Shown here: positions 32,339-41,160 of the stretch, piece after piece | How the letters are laid out: each line of letters starts with the position of its first letter | Numbering within the stretch: the first letter of the stretch is position 1 | Assembly (NCBI GenBank): GCA_015488555.1 | Contig: WFNO01000005.1 | Location: 1 to 62,251, forward strand | Length of the DNA stretch: 62,251 nucleotides | Direction: 5' to 3' | Source: Gammaproteobacteria bacterium | GTDB lineage: Bacteria; Pseudomonadota; Gammaproteobacteria; SZUA-140 | Notes under the pieces: model-generated | What the model was told of the DNA's origin: nothing | Seen by the model: the letters and a program-made list of their open reading frames with translations, nothing else | The model's database searches: none | Program-made: the position numbers and the translations under genes

Positions 32339-32995
32339 TTGAGCCTGGCCATATTCGATCTCGACAACACCCTGCTCGCGGGGGACAGCGACTACCTGTG
32401 GGGACAATTCCTGGTGGAAGAAGGGCTCGTGGACCGCGAGTACTACGAGCGGGAGAACCGGCGTTTCTACGAGGAATATCGGGCCGGCAGCCTGGACATC
32501 CATGAATTCCTCGCCTTCACCCTCGCCCCGCTGACCCGCCTGGACCCGCAGACCCTGCAGGCGCTGCGCGCGCGTTTCATGGCCCGCAAGATCCAGCCCA
32601 TCATCCTGCCCAAAGCCCGCGAACTCCTGGAACACCACCGCCGGGCCGGGCGCATCCTGCTCATCGTCACTGCCACCAATCGTTTCGTCACCGAACCCAT
32701 CGCCCGGGCCCTGGCCGTTCCCCATCTCCTGGCGACGGAGCCGGAAATGCGCGGCGGCCGCTACACTGGGCGGGTGCAGGACCTGCCCTGTTTCCGGGAG
32801 GGCAAGGTCCAGCGGCTGGAGGAATGGCTGCGCCGGACGGGGTACAATCTGGCCGGGAGCTGGTTCTATTCCGATTCCCACAACGACCTGCCCCTGCTCG
32901 AACGGGTCACCCATCCGGTGGCCGTGGATCCGGACGAGACCCTGGCCCAGCATGCGGAAATGAAGGGCTGGCCCATCATCTCCCTGCGCTCATGA
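32339..32995 (+). CDS. HAD-IB family hydrolase (SerB-like; possibly histidinol phosphatase)
   Basis: FDLDNTLL, VTATN, EGKV, YSDSHNDLPLL; divergent from rppH. Confidence 0.9.
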   Translation: MSLAIFDLDNTLLAGDSDYLWGQFLVEEGLVDREYYERENRRFYEEYRAGSLDIHEFLAFTLAPLTRLDPQTLQALRARFMARKIQPIILPKARELLEHHRRAGRILLIVTATNRFVTEPIARALAVPHLLATEPEMRGGRYTGRVQDLPCFREGKVQRLEEWLRRTGYNLAGSWFYSDSHNDLPLLERVTHPVAVDPDETLAQHAEMKGWPIISLRS

Positions 32996-33017
32996 CCCCC
33001 AACATGTCTGCACGCCC

Positions 33018-34088
33018 ATGACCTCCGGGCCCGATGTGAAACCGCAAATGAAACCGCCGGCCGACTCCACCTCCGTGCCTGCAGCCCCGCTTGCAGGGGC
33101 CCGGCGGGGCGGCTGGTTGCTGGCGGCCACGTTCTCGCTGGCCCTGGGCGGCCTGGCCTTCGCCCTGCTCCAAGGCAGCGTCCCCCTCGGCTGGGAGCAG
33201 CTGTGGCAGGTCTGGGCAGGCAACGCCCCGGACGGCACACGCCAGATCCTGGCCCTGCGCCTGGAGCGGGCCGCCAACGCCTTCGCCTGCGGGGGACTGC
33301 TGGCCCTGGCCGGCGCCCTGCTGCAGGCCCTGCTGCGCAACCCACTGGCCGATCCCTATATCCTGGGGGTCTCCGGCGGCGCCTCGGCCGGCGCCCTGGG
33401 AGCGCTGCTGCTGGGCCTGGGAGGAGGCCTGGGCAGCGGGTGGACCACGGGCAGCGCCTTCGCCGGGGCCCTGCTGTCCATGGCACTGGTCTTCGGCCTG
33501 GCGCGGAGCGGCGGGCATTGGACCCCGGCACGCCTGCTGCTCACGGGGGTGGTGGTCGCCGCCGGTTGGGGGGCACTCATCAGCTTCCTGCTGGCCATCG
33601 GCCCGGACAGCCAGCTGCGGGGCATGTTGTTCTGGCTCATGGGCGACCTCTCGCTCACCCGCCTCTCACTGTGGGGACCGGCGGTGCTCGCCGCCGGTCT
33701 GCTGGCCGCTGCCCTCCTGGCCCGGCCGCTCAATGTACTGGTACGGGGCGAGATCCGCGCCGCAGCGCTGGGCGTGGAGGTCCCCGCACTGCGCCTGCGC
33801 CTGTATGTGCTCGCCTCCCTGCTCACGGCCGTGGCCGTCACCATCGCCGGTAACATCGGCTTCGTGGGCCTGGTGGTACCTCATCTGGTACGCCTGCTGG
33901 GAGGACGGGACCACCGTATCCTGCTGCCGGCCTCGGTATTCCTCGGCGCCGCCCTGCTGCTGGTGGCCGACACCCTGGCCCGCACCCTGCTGGCCCCGCA
34001 GCAACTTCCGGTGGGGGTACTCACCGCCCTCTTGGGGGTCCCCCTGTTTCTCTATCTGTTGCAGCGGCTCGACCGTACTTCGATATGA
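33018..34088 (+). CDS. FecCD/BtuC-family ABC permease (probable B12 import)
   Basis: LLRNPLADPYILGVSGGA, FWLMGDL, IGFVGLVVPH, LPVGVLTALLG. Confidence 0.9.
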   Translation: MTSGPDVKPQMKPPADSTSVPAAPLAGARRGGWLLAATFSLALGGLAFALLQGSVPLGWEQLWQVWAGNAPDGTRQILALRLERAANAFACGGLLALAGALLQALLRNPLADPYILGVSGGASAGALGALLLGLGGGLGSGWTTGSAFAGALLSMALVFGLARSGGHWTPARLLLTGVVVAAGWGALISFLLAIGPDSQLRGMLFWLMGDLSLTRLSLWGPAVLAAGLLAAALLARPLNVLVRGEIRAAALGVEVPALRLRLYVLASLLTAVAVTIAGNIGFVGLVVPHLVRLLGGRDHRILLPASVFLGAALLLVADTLARTLLAPQQLPVGVLTALLGVPLFLYLLQRLDRTSI

Positions 34089-34918
34089 GTATCCGCATGG
34101 GCAGCGAAGAGCATCCCGCCGCCGATCCGCCCTCTGCCCGGCCGGCAGAGGATCCCTTGCTGGAGGCGCGCGGGCTCACCGTGCACATCGCCGGGCACTG
34201 CGTCTGCCAGGCATTGTCCCTGACCCTGGCAGCGGGCCGTTGCTGGGGCCTGCTGGGACGCAACGGCGCGGGCAAGACCACCCTGCTGCACACCCTGGCG
34301 GGACTGCGTCCCCCCGAGGCCGGAACGCTGCACCTGTGCGGGCGGCCGCTCGCACACTGGAGCGGGCGGGAGCGGGCCCGCCGTTTGGGCGTCCTGTTCC
34401 AGGACCACCGCGAGGTCTTTCCCAGCACCGTACTGGAGACCGTGCTCATCGGCCGCCATCCCCATCTGTCCCGCTGGGGCTGGGAAGGCCCGGAGGACGT
34501 CGCCGCCGCCCGTGCGGCCCTCGCGGCCGTGGATCTGGCGGGCTACGAGGCGCGCGCCATCGGCACCCTCTCCGGGGGGGAATACCAGCGCCTGCAACTG
34601 GCCACCCTGCTGGCCCAGGATCCCCGCGTCCTGTTGTTGGACGAGCCCGTCAACCACTTGGACCTGCGGCATCAACTCGCCCTGCTCGATCTCCTGGCCG
34701 ACTTGGCCGCCGCAGGCCGGACCGTGCTCATGGTGGTGCACGACGTCAATCTGGCCGCCCGGGCCTGTGACCACTTTCTGCTGCTCTATGGCGACGGCTC
34801 CTACCAGCTGGGACCACGGGAGGTCGTGCTGGAGAAAGAGGCCCTGGAACGGCTCTACGGCGCTCCGCTGCAGGTGCTGACAGGCAGAGGCGGGCGGCGC
34901 TGGTTCCTGCCGGGCTAG
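34085..34918 (+). CDS. FecE/BtuD-family ABC ATP-binding protein
   Basis: GRNGAGKT, LSGGE, LLLDEP, HDVNLA. Confidence 0.92.
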   Translation: MSIRMGSEEHPAADPPSARPAEDPLLEARGLTVHIAGHCVCQALSLTLAAGRCWGLLGRNGAGKTTLLHTLAGLRPPEAGTLHLCGRPLAHWSGRERARRLGVLFQDHREVFPSTVLETVLIGRHPHLSRWGWEGPEDVAAARAALAAVDLAGYEARAIGTLSGGEYQRLQLATLLAQDPRVLLLDEPVNHLDLRHQLALLDLLADLAAAGRTVLMVVHDVNLAARACDHFLLLYGDGSYQLGPREVVLEKEALERLYGAPLQVLTGRGGRRWFLPG

Positions 34919-35619
34919 CGGATGCGTTTCGAGGGGCGCGTGCCGAAAAGGGCCGTGCCCACTCGCACCATGGTCGCCCCCTCGGCGATGGCGGCCTCCA
35001 GATCGGCCGACATGCCCATGGACAGGGTGTCCAGTGCCAGTCCCCGGGCGATGAGCCCCGCTTGCAAGGCACGCAGCCGCCGGAAGGCGTCCCGCTGGAC
35101 TTGGAAGTCGTCGCGGGGCGCGGGGATGGCCATGAGCCCCCGCAGGCGCAGGCGCGGCAATTCCGCCACCGCGGCCGCCAGTCCTTCCACTTCTCCTGGG
35201 GCGCAACCCGCCTTGCTGGACTCGCCGCTGATGTTGACCTGCAGGCAGACCTGGAGCGGCGGCAAGTGGGCCGGGCGCTGGGCTGACAGGCGGCGGGCGA
35301 TCTTGAGGCGATCCACGCTGTGCACCCAGTGGAAGCGGCCGGCGATGTCACGGGTCTTGTTGGACTGCACGGGGCCGATGAAATGCCATTCCAGCTCCAG
35401 GTCCGCCAGGGCTTCCTGCTTGCCCAGGGCCTCCTGCACGTAGCTCTCGCCGAAGGCCTGCTGGCCCGCCGCATGGACGGCACGCAGGTCTGCAGCCGGC
35501 CAGGTCTTGCTCACGGCCAGCAGTCGCACCGAACCCGGCGGGCGCCCGAAACGGGCCTCGGCCGCCGCAATGCGGGCGCGCACCCGGTTCAGGTTCTCCG
35601 TCAAGTCTCGAGTGCTCAT
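34915..35619 (-). CDS. yggS: YggS-family PLP homeostasis protein
   Basis: LLAVSKT, FGESYVQE, WHFIGPVQSNK, LSMGMSAD, MVRVGTALFG. Confidence 0.96.
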   Translation of the reverse strand: MSTRDLTENLNRVRARIAAAEARFGRPPGSVRLLAVSKTWPAADLRAVHAAGQQAFGESYVQEALGKQEALADLELEWHFIGPVQSNKTRDIAGRFHWVHSVDRLKIARRLSAQRPAHLPPLQVCLQVNISGESSKAGCAPGEVEGLAAAVAELPRLRLRGLMAIPAPRDDFQVQRDAFRRLRALQAGLIARGLALDTLSMGMSADLEAAIAEGATMVRVGTALFGTRPSKRIR

Positions 35620-35747
35620 CTCAAGAAGAATACCGAGCTGCCGCTAGAAAAATACGGCGCGCGACCCGCAGGCTTGCTGCAGGCCTGGCCTTGGGAGGCG
35701 CGCCCGTCACTTGTAGTGTGCCACATCGTCTCCGGGAGGAAAGTGGA

Positions 35748-36785
35748 ATGGACGTGGCTGAATTGCTGGCCTTCAGCGTCAAGAACAACGCCTCGGACCT
35801 GCACCTGTCGGCGGGATTGCCCCCCATGATCCGCGTGGACGGCGACGTGCGCCGTATCAACGTACCCGCCCTGGACAACAAGACCGTCCAGAACATGCTC
35901 TACGACATCATGAACGACAAGCAGCGCAAGGACTTCGAGGAAAATCTGGAGACCGATTTCTCCTTCGAGATCCCGGGCCTGGCGCGCTTCCGCGTCAATG
36001 TCTTCAATCACAACCGCGGCGTGGGCGGTGTGTTCCGCACCATTCCCTCCACCATCCTGTCCCTGGAAGAGCTGGGCTGTCCCGAGGTGTTCAAGGAAAT
36101 CGCCGAATATCCCCGCGGCATCGTGCTGGTGACCGGCCCCACCGGTTCCGGCAAGTCCACCACCCTCGCCGCCATGCTGGACTACAAGAACAACAACGAA
36201 TTCGGGCACATCCTCACCCTGGAGGACCCCATCGAATTCGTGCACCAGAGCAAGAAATGCCTGGTGAACCAGCGCGAGGTACATCGCGACACCCTGGGCT
36301 TCGCCGAGGCCCTGCGCTCCGCCCTGCGCGAGGACCCCGACACCATTCTGGTGGGGGAGATGCGCGACCCGGAGACCATCGGCCTGGCACTCACCGCCGC
36401 CGAAACCGGCCACATGGTGTTCGGCACCTTGCACACCAGCTCCGCGGCCAAGACCATCGACCGCATCATCGACGTGTTCCCCGCCGCGGAAAAGGAGATG
36501 GTGCGCTCCATGCTGTCGGAGTCCCTGCGCGCGGTGATCTCTCAGACCCTGCTGAAAAAGGTGGGCGGCGGCCGCATCGCCGCCCACGAGATCATGATCG
36601 GCACCCCCGCCATCCGCAACCTGATCCGCGAGAACAAGGTGCCGCAGATGTATTCCGCCATCCAGACCGGCCAATCCGTGGGCATGCAGACCCTGGATCA
36701 GTGCCTGCAGGACCTGGTGGCCCGGGGACTGGTGAGCAAGCAAGAGGCCATGTCCAAGGCCGTCAACAAAGACGCCTTCCGCTGA
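35748..36785 (+). CDS. pilT: Type IV pilus retraction ATPase
   Basis: ASDLHLS, GPTGSGKSTT, LREDPD, GTLHT, AIRNLIRE. Confidence 0.97.
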   Translation: MDVAELLAFSVKNNASDLHLSAGLPPMIRVDGDVRRINVPALDNKTVQNMLYDIMNDKQRKDFEENLETDFSFEIPGLARFRVNVFNHNRGVGGVFRTIPSTILSLEELGCPEVFKEIAEYPRGIVLVTGPTGSGKSTTLAAMLDYKNNNEFGHILTLEDPIEFVHQSKKCLVNQREVHRDTLGFAEALRSALREDPDTILVGEMRDPETIGLALTAAETGHMVFGTLHTSSAAKTIDRIIDVFPAAEKEMVRSMLSESLRAVISQTLLKKVGGGRIAAHEIMIGTPAIRNLIRENKVPQMYSAIQTGQSVGMQTLDQCLQDLVARGLVSKQEAMSKAVNKDAFR

Positions 36786-36795
36786 TCCCCTCCAG

Positions 36796-36852
36796 TTATC
36801 CACAGGGATTGTCCACAGGGGTCGGAGTCCCGACTCCGACCCCTGTGGATAC
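36796..36852. repeat. 18-bp perfect inverted repeat overlapping DnaA-box-like 9-mers
   Basis: tccacaggggtcggagtc-cc-gactccgacccctgtgga (36812-36849); TTATCCACA 36796-36804, TTGTCCACA 36809-36817, TGTGGATAC 36844-36852. Confidence 0.8.
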
Positions 36853-36902
36853 TTTCTTCTGGTGCGAGGGACCGATAAACTTAAGAAAAAACGAATATCG
36901 TC

Positions 36903-37730
36903 ATGGAGAATCCCAGAATAGCCTTCATCGGCGGCGGCAACATGGCCCGCAGCCTGGTGGCGGGGCTGCTGGCGGACCGTTTCGATCCCGCCCGCATCCG
37001 CGTCGCCGACCCCGATCCGCAGCAGCGCCAGCGCCTGGAGGGACTCGGTGTGCGTACCACCGAAGACAACGCCGCCGCCCTGGAGGGTGCCGAGGTGGTG
37101 GTGCTGGCGGTGAAGCCCCAGGTCATGAAGGGGGTGGCGGAAGCGCTGGCAGCCCATCTGCCGCAACCGCCCCCCCTGATCATTTCCGTGGCCGCCGGCA
37201 TTCGCGAGGCCGATTTGACCCGCTGGCTGGGACAGGACTGTCCTGTCGTGCGGGCCATGCCCAACACTCCGGCCATGGTACAGAGCGCCGCCACCGCTCT
37301 GCACGCCAATGCCCGGGTGAGCCCGGCGCAACGGGATCTGGCGGAATTCGTGCTGCGGGCCGTGGGCCTCACCGTCTGGCTGGAGGACGAATCCCTCATG
37401 GACGCGGTCACCGCCCTCTCCGGCAGCGGACCCGCCTATGTCTTCCTGGTCATGGAGGCCTTGGAACAGGCCGGCCGGGAGCTGGGGCTGCCCGCCGACG
37501 TCGCCCGCCTGCTCACCCTGCAGACGACCTTCGGGGCCGCCAAGATGGCACTGGAGACCGCTGAGGACAGTGCCACACTGCGCCAGCGGGTGACTTCACC
37601 CGGCGGTACCACGGAGTGGGCCATCGCCGTGCTGCAGGAAGGCGGGCTGCAACGGTTGTTCACCCGTGCCCTGGTGGCCGCCCGCGATCGGGCCGAAGAA
37701 CTGGCTGAACTCTTGGGAGCGGACGCGTGA
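36903..37730 (+). CDS. proC: Pyrroline-5-carboxylate reductase
   Basis: FIGGGNMA, LAVKPQ, RAMPNTP, SGSGPAY, VTSPGGTT. Confidence 0.97.
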   Translation: MENPRIAFIGGGNMARSLVAGLLADRFDPARIRVADPDPQQRQRLEGLGVRTTEDNAAALEGAEVVVLAVKPQVMKGVAEALAAHLPQPPPLIISVAAGIREADLTRWLGQDCPVVRAMPNTPAMVQSAATALHANARVSPAQRDLAEFVLRAVGLTVWLEDESLMDAVTALSGSGPAYVFLVMEALEQAGRELGLPADVARLLTLQTTFGAAKMALETAEDSATLRQRVTSPGGTTEWAIAVLQEGGLQRLFTRALVAARDRAEELAELLGADA

Positions 37731-38305
37731 TCGACAATCCTTATTTCACCAATGCCAGCGTCTATATCATCAGCGCCCTGTCGGACCTCTTTCTGATCGC
37801 GGTGCTGTTGCGCCTGATCCTGCAGATCGTACGCGCCGATTTCTACAACCCCATCTCCCAGTTCATCGTCAAGGTCACCAATCCCTTCCTGCGCCCCTTG
37901 CGCCGGGTGATTCCCGGCTGGAAGGGGCTGGACCTGGCCTCCATCGTCCTGCTGCTGGCGGTCCAGATGCTGGCCACCGCCCTCATCCATCTCGCCGCCG
38001 GACAGGACTTCGGTGCCTCCGGACTGCTGGTGATGTCGGTGGCCCAACTGCTGGCGCTCACTCTCAATCTCTATCTCATCACCATCCTGGTGGAGGTCAT
38101 CCTGAGCTGGGTGGGACCCGGTGGCAATCACCCCATCTTCGGCCTGCTGCACAGCGTGAACGAGCCCGTACTGCGACCGGCACGCCGCCTGCTGCCGCCC
38201 ATCGCCGGACTGGATCTCTCTCCCATCGTGGTGCTGTTCGCCATCCAGCTGCTCAAGATCCTGCTGGTGGCGCCGATCCACGATCTGGGCATGGGCCTGA
38301 ACTGA
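37727..38305 (+). CDS. yggT: YggT-family membrane protein
   Basis: RADFYNPISQFIVKVTNP, ILSWV, LDLSP; follows proC. Confidence 0.93.
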   Translation: MIDNPYFTNASVYIISALSDLFLIAVLLRLILQIVRADFYNPISQFIVKVTNPFLRPLRRVIPGWKGLDLASIVLLLAVQMLATALIHLAAGQDFGASGLLVMSVAQLLALTLNLYLITILVEVILSWVGPGGNHPIFGLLHSVNEPVLRPARRLLPPIAGLDLSPIVVLFAIQLLKILLVAPIHDLGMGLN

Positions 38306-38380
38306 GACCGGCCCCACGGCGCGCCCGGGCCGCGGATTTCGTGGAATTTTCCGCCGTCCGCGGGGTCTGAATATTAGGGT

Positions 38381-40720
38381 ATGAACGTTGCCACACATCC
38401 CAGCCAGCAGCCCATGATGCTTCGCCTGCCTGCCCTCTTTTCCATCCTGTTTCTCACCACCCTCTGCCTTCTGGGTACGGCGTATCCGGAAGCGGCCCGA
38501 GCGGCGGGCACCAAATGGACCGCGGTCAATCCCCTGCCGGATGCAAGCGATTTTCGGCGGGTCCTCTGGGACGGCAGCCGCTTCTATGCCGTAGGCGGCA
38601 GCGGGATCATCGCCTCCAGCAGCGACGGCAGCAACTGGCAGGTGGACTCTCTGGGCGTGATCCACCCGCTCTACGGCATCCTCCATACCGGCACTCGCTA
38701 CGTGGTGGTGGGTGACAACGGCTTGCTGGCCACCAGTCCCGATGCGAACGACTGGACTTTTCGCACGACCGGAATCACCGACGTCGCCCTCATCGACGTG
38801 GCCTGGAGCCCCACGCTGGATCGTTACGTGGCCGGTGGCGCCAACGGCAAAATGATCGCCAGCGACGACGGCATCACCTGGATCGAAGTGGACTCGGGCA
38901 CCGGCGCCGCTCTGGAAAGGATCCTGTGGAGCAATGATCTGGGTCATTTCATCGCCGCAGGCAGTTCCGGCACCATCCTCACCAGTCCCGACGGCCTGAG
39001 CTGGACCACGCGACACATCGGCATCGGCATCATTCTGCGGGGACTGGCCTGTAACGACAGCCGCTACGTGGCGGTGGGCAGTGCCGGGACGGTGCTCACC
39101 AGTGCCGACGGCTTCAACTGGACCCCCAACACCGACACGCTCACCAGCCAGACCCTGTACGACGTCCTCTGGGACGGCAGCCAATTCGTCGCCGTGGGCA
39201 CCGGCGGTGTCGTCTTCACCAGCCCCGACGGGGAAAACTGGATCGCCCAGCTCTCCGGGACCACCGCCCAGTTGCAGGGCGTGGCCTGGAGCGGTACCCG
39301 CCTCGTGGCCGTAGGCCGGGAGAGTCTCTTGAGCAGCCCCGACGGCAACAACTGGACCGTAGAGGGTACGGACGTGAGCGCGGGCTCCGCCTTGCGCGAC
39401 CTGGTCTGGAACGGCAGTCGTTTCCTGGCGGTGGGGGACGGCGGCCTGCTCCTCACCAGTGACTCGGGCTTGAACTGGAGCGTCGTCGGCGCCGGCCTGG
39501 TGAACGCCGATCTCCATGGCGTGACCTGGAATGGGACCCTGTTCGTGGCCGTGGGCACGGGCGGCACGGTGCTCACCAGCCCCGACGGCCAAACCTGGAC
39601 GCTACAGAACTCCGGCACCGCCAGCGATCTCTACGCCGTGGCCTGGGACGGCGGCCAGCGCTTCGTGGCCGTCGGCGCGGGCGGCACGGTGCTCACCAGC
39701 CCCGACGGCCAAACCTGGACGCTACAGAACTCCAGCACCGCCAGTGATCTCTACGCCGTCACCTGGGACGGCGGCAACCAGCGCTTCGTGGCCGTCGGCG
39801 CGGGCGGCACGATTCTCACCAGTCCGGACGCCCAAGCCTGGACCGCACGCCTCAGCGGTCTCTCCACGGCCCTGCTGGACGTGACCGAGGGCAAGGGCGG
39901 CCTGCTGGCCGTGGGCGAGAAGGGCAAGGCCCTGAGCAGTCTGGACGGTATCACCTGGACCGGCATCGGCACCGGACGCTCTGAGGACCTCACAAGCGTC
40001 GTCTGGACCGGCAAGCAATATCTGGTCACCGGCGAAGGCGGACTCACCCTGGCCAGCACGGACGGTGGCAGTTGGCGCGCCGACGTCCAGGTGATCCAGG
40101 CCCGCCTCACTGCCGCAGCCTGGAATGGAATCCAATTCGTGGCCGTGGGGGAAGCGGGGACCATCCTGGCCAGCGGCCGGGCCGATCTGGCCCTGAGCAT
40201 GGCCGCCACTCCGGATCCGGTGGCACAGAACACCCCCTTGACCATCGCAGGCCAGATCTCCAATACCGGGGGACTCTACGCCACCAACGTCCGCTGGGAA
40301 TATGCGCTGCCCGGCGGTGTGACCGTTGCCCGCATGGAACCCTCGCAGGGCAGCTGCAGCGCCACGGTCTCCACGGTCAGCTGTGATCTGGGTGCCATCG
40401 AACCGGGGACCGACACCGTTTCGATCATCGTGGAGGTGACGCCGGCCATCGCTGGCACGATAGAGCACACTGCCACCCTCTTCAGCGATGGCGATCCTAA
40501 CCCGGTCAACGACACGACCATAGTGCAAAGTACCGTCATCGTCCCCCAGAAAGTGCTGGAAGACCCGGACCGAGAAAACACGGGCACCCGCATCGGAGCC
40601 CTGCACCCTGCCGTCTGGCTCCCCCTCTTCCTGCCTTTCTTCCTGTGGCGGTGGATTTGCATCCCACGCCCCCTGACTCTTGGCGCCCGTCTCCGTGGCA
40701 ACGGGCCTGCGGCATTGTGA
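38381..40720 (+). CDS. Secreted BNR/Asp-box beta-propeller protein with DUF11 domain and C-terminal membrane anchor
   Basis: Signal peptide; many ~40-aa repeats of LxxVxWxGxxFVAVGxxGxxLTSPDGxxW; ADLAL...DPNPVND DUF11-like domain; tail IGALHPAVWLPLFLPFFLWRW. Confidence 0.85.
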   Translation: MNVATHPSQQPMMLRLPALFSILFLTTLCLLGTAYPEAARAAGTKWTAVNPLPDASDFRRVLWDGSRFYAVGGSGIIASSSDGSNWQVDSLGVIHPLYGILHTGTRYVVVGDNGLLATSPDANDWTFRTTGITDVALIDVAWSPTLDRYVAGGANGKMIASDDGITWIEVDSGTGAALERILWSNDLGHFIAAGSSGTILTSPDGLSWTTRHIGIGIILRGLACNDSRYVAVGSAGTVLTSADGFNWTPNTDTLTSQTLYDVLWDGSQFVAVGTGGVVFTSPDGENWIAQLSGTTAQLQGVAWSGTRLVAVGRESLLSSPDGNNWTVEGTDVSAGSALRDLVWNGSRFLAVGDGGLLLTSDSGLNWSVVGAGLVNADLHGVTWNGTLFVAVGTGGTVLTSPDGQTWTLQNSGTASDLYAVAWDGGQRFVAVGAGGTVLTSPDGQTWTLQNSSTASDLYAVTWDGGNQRFVAVGAGGTILTSPDAQAWTARLSGLSTALLDVTEGKGGLLAVGEKGKALSSLDGITWTGIGTGRSEDLTSVVWTGKQYLVTGEGGLTLASTDGGSWRADVQVIQARLTAAAWNGIQFVAVGEAGTILASGRADLALSMAATPDPVAQNTPLTIAGQISNTGGLYATNVRWEYALPGGVTVARMEPSQGSCSATVSTVSCDLGAIEPGTDTVSIIVEVTPAIAGTIEHTATLFSDGDPNPVNDTTIVQSTVIVPQKVLEDPDRENTGTRIGALHPAVWLPLFLPFFLWRWICIPRPLTLGARLRGNGPAAL
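39542..39820 (+). repeat. Near-identical in-frame ~120-bp tandem duplication within the propeller gene
   Basis: Units start at about 39542, 39662 and 39785 (partial); both full units encode FVAVGxGGTVLTSPDGQTWTLQNSxTASDLYAVxWDGG. Confidence 0.85.
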
Positions 40721-41160
40721 ACGCAGCCCGTATCCCGCTCGGATGCACCGTTCCGAACCAGTCGGAACGATATCACCGCCCTGGCAGTGGATCACCTGGG
40801 CACGCGCATCACCACTCCGCCGTGGAAAGGTCGCTCCCTTCTATTGCATTGTCTCGCCCAATGTTTTGCTATACCGGAGAGTGCCGTCGTCCTACTCTTC
40901 GGGCGTGCTGGCGGCGCCAATGGACAAGCTTACCCCGGCTCTGGCGCCCATCCGACATTCTCTCCGGAACCCTTGGTCTTTCAAAAGGATAACCCCTCAA
41001 GCTTTGTAAGAGAGGGGTCGATATGCACGGTACGGGTACCCTGGAAACGCGGACCCGGCCACAAAAAATGCACAAATATTCATAAATCCGTACCCGCATT
41101 CCGATACAGGAGGTCGAAGCGGTAGCATCGGCCCTGCCTGGCCATGACGGAAAGGACACT

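Noticed and set aside
36796-36900. Chromosomal replication origin
   Set aside because: Only three boxes, a very short spacer, and no dnaA/gidA/rpmH neighbourhood.
37436-39592. 718-aa - strand ORF, and similar long ORFs at 29710..31392, 33091..34770 and 35616..37331
   Set aside because: They overlap well-supported genes on the other strand or frame; stop-codon scarcity at high GC explains them.
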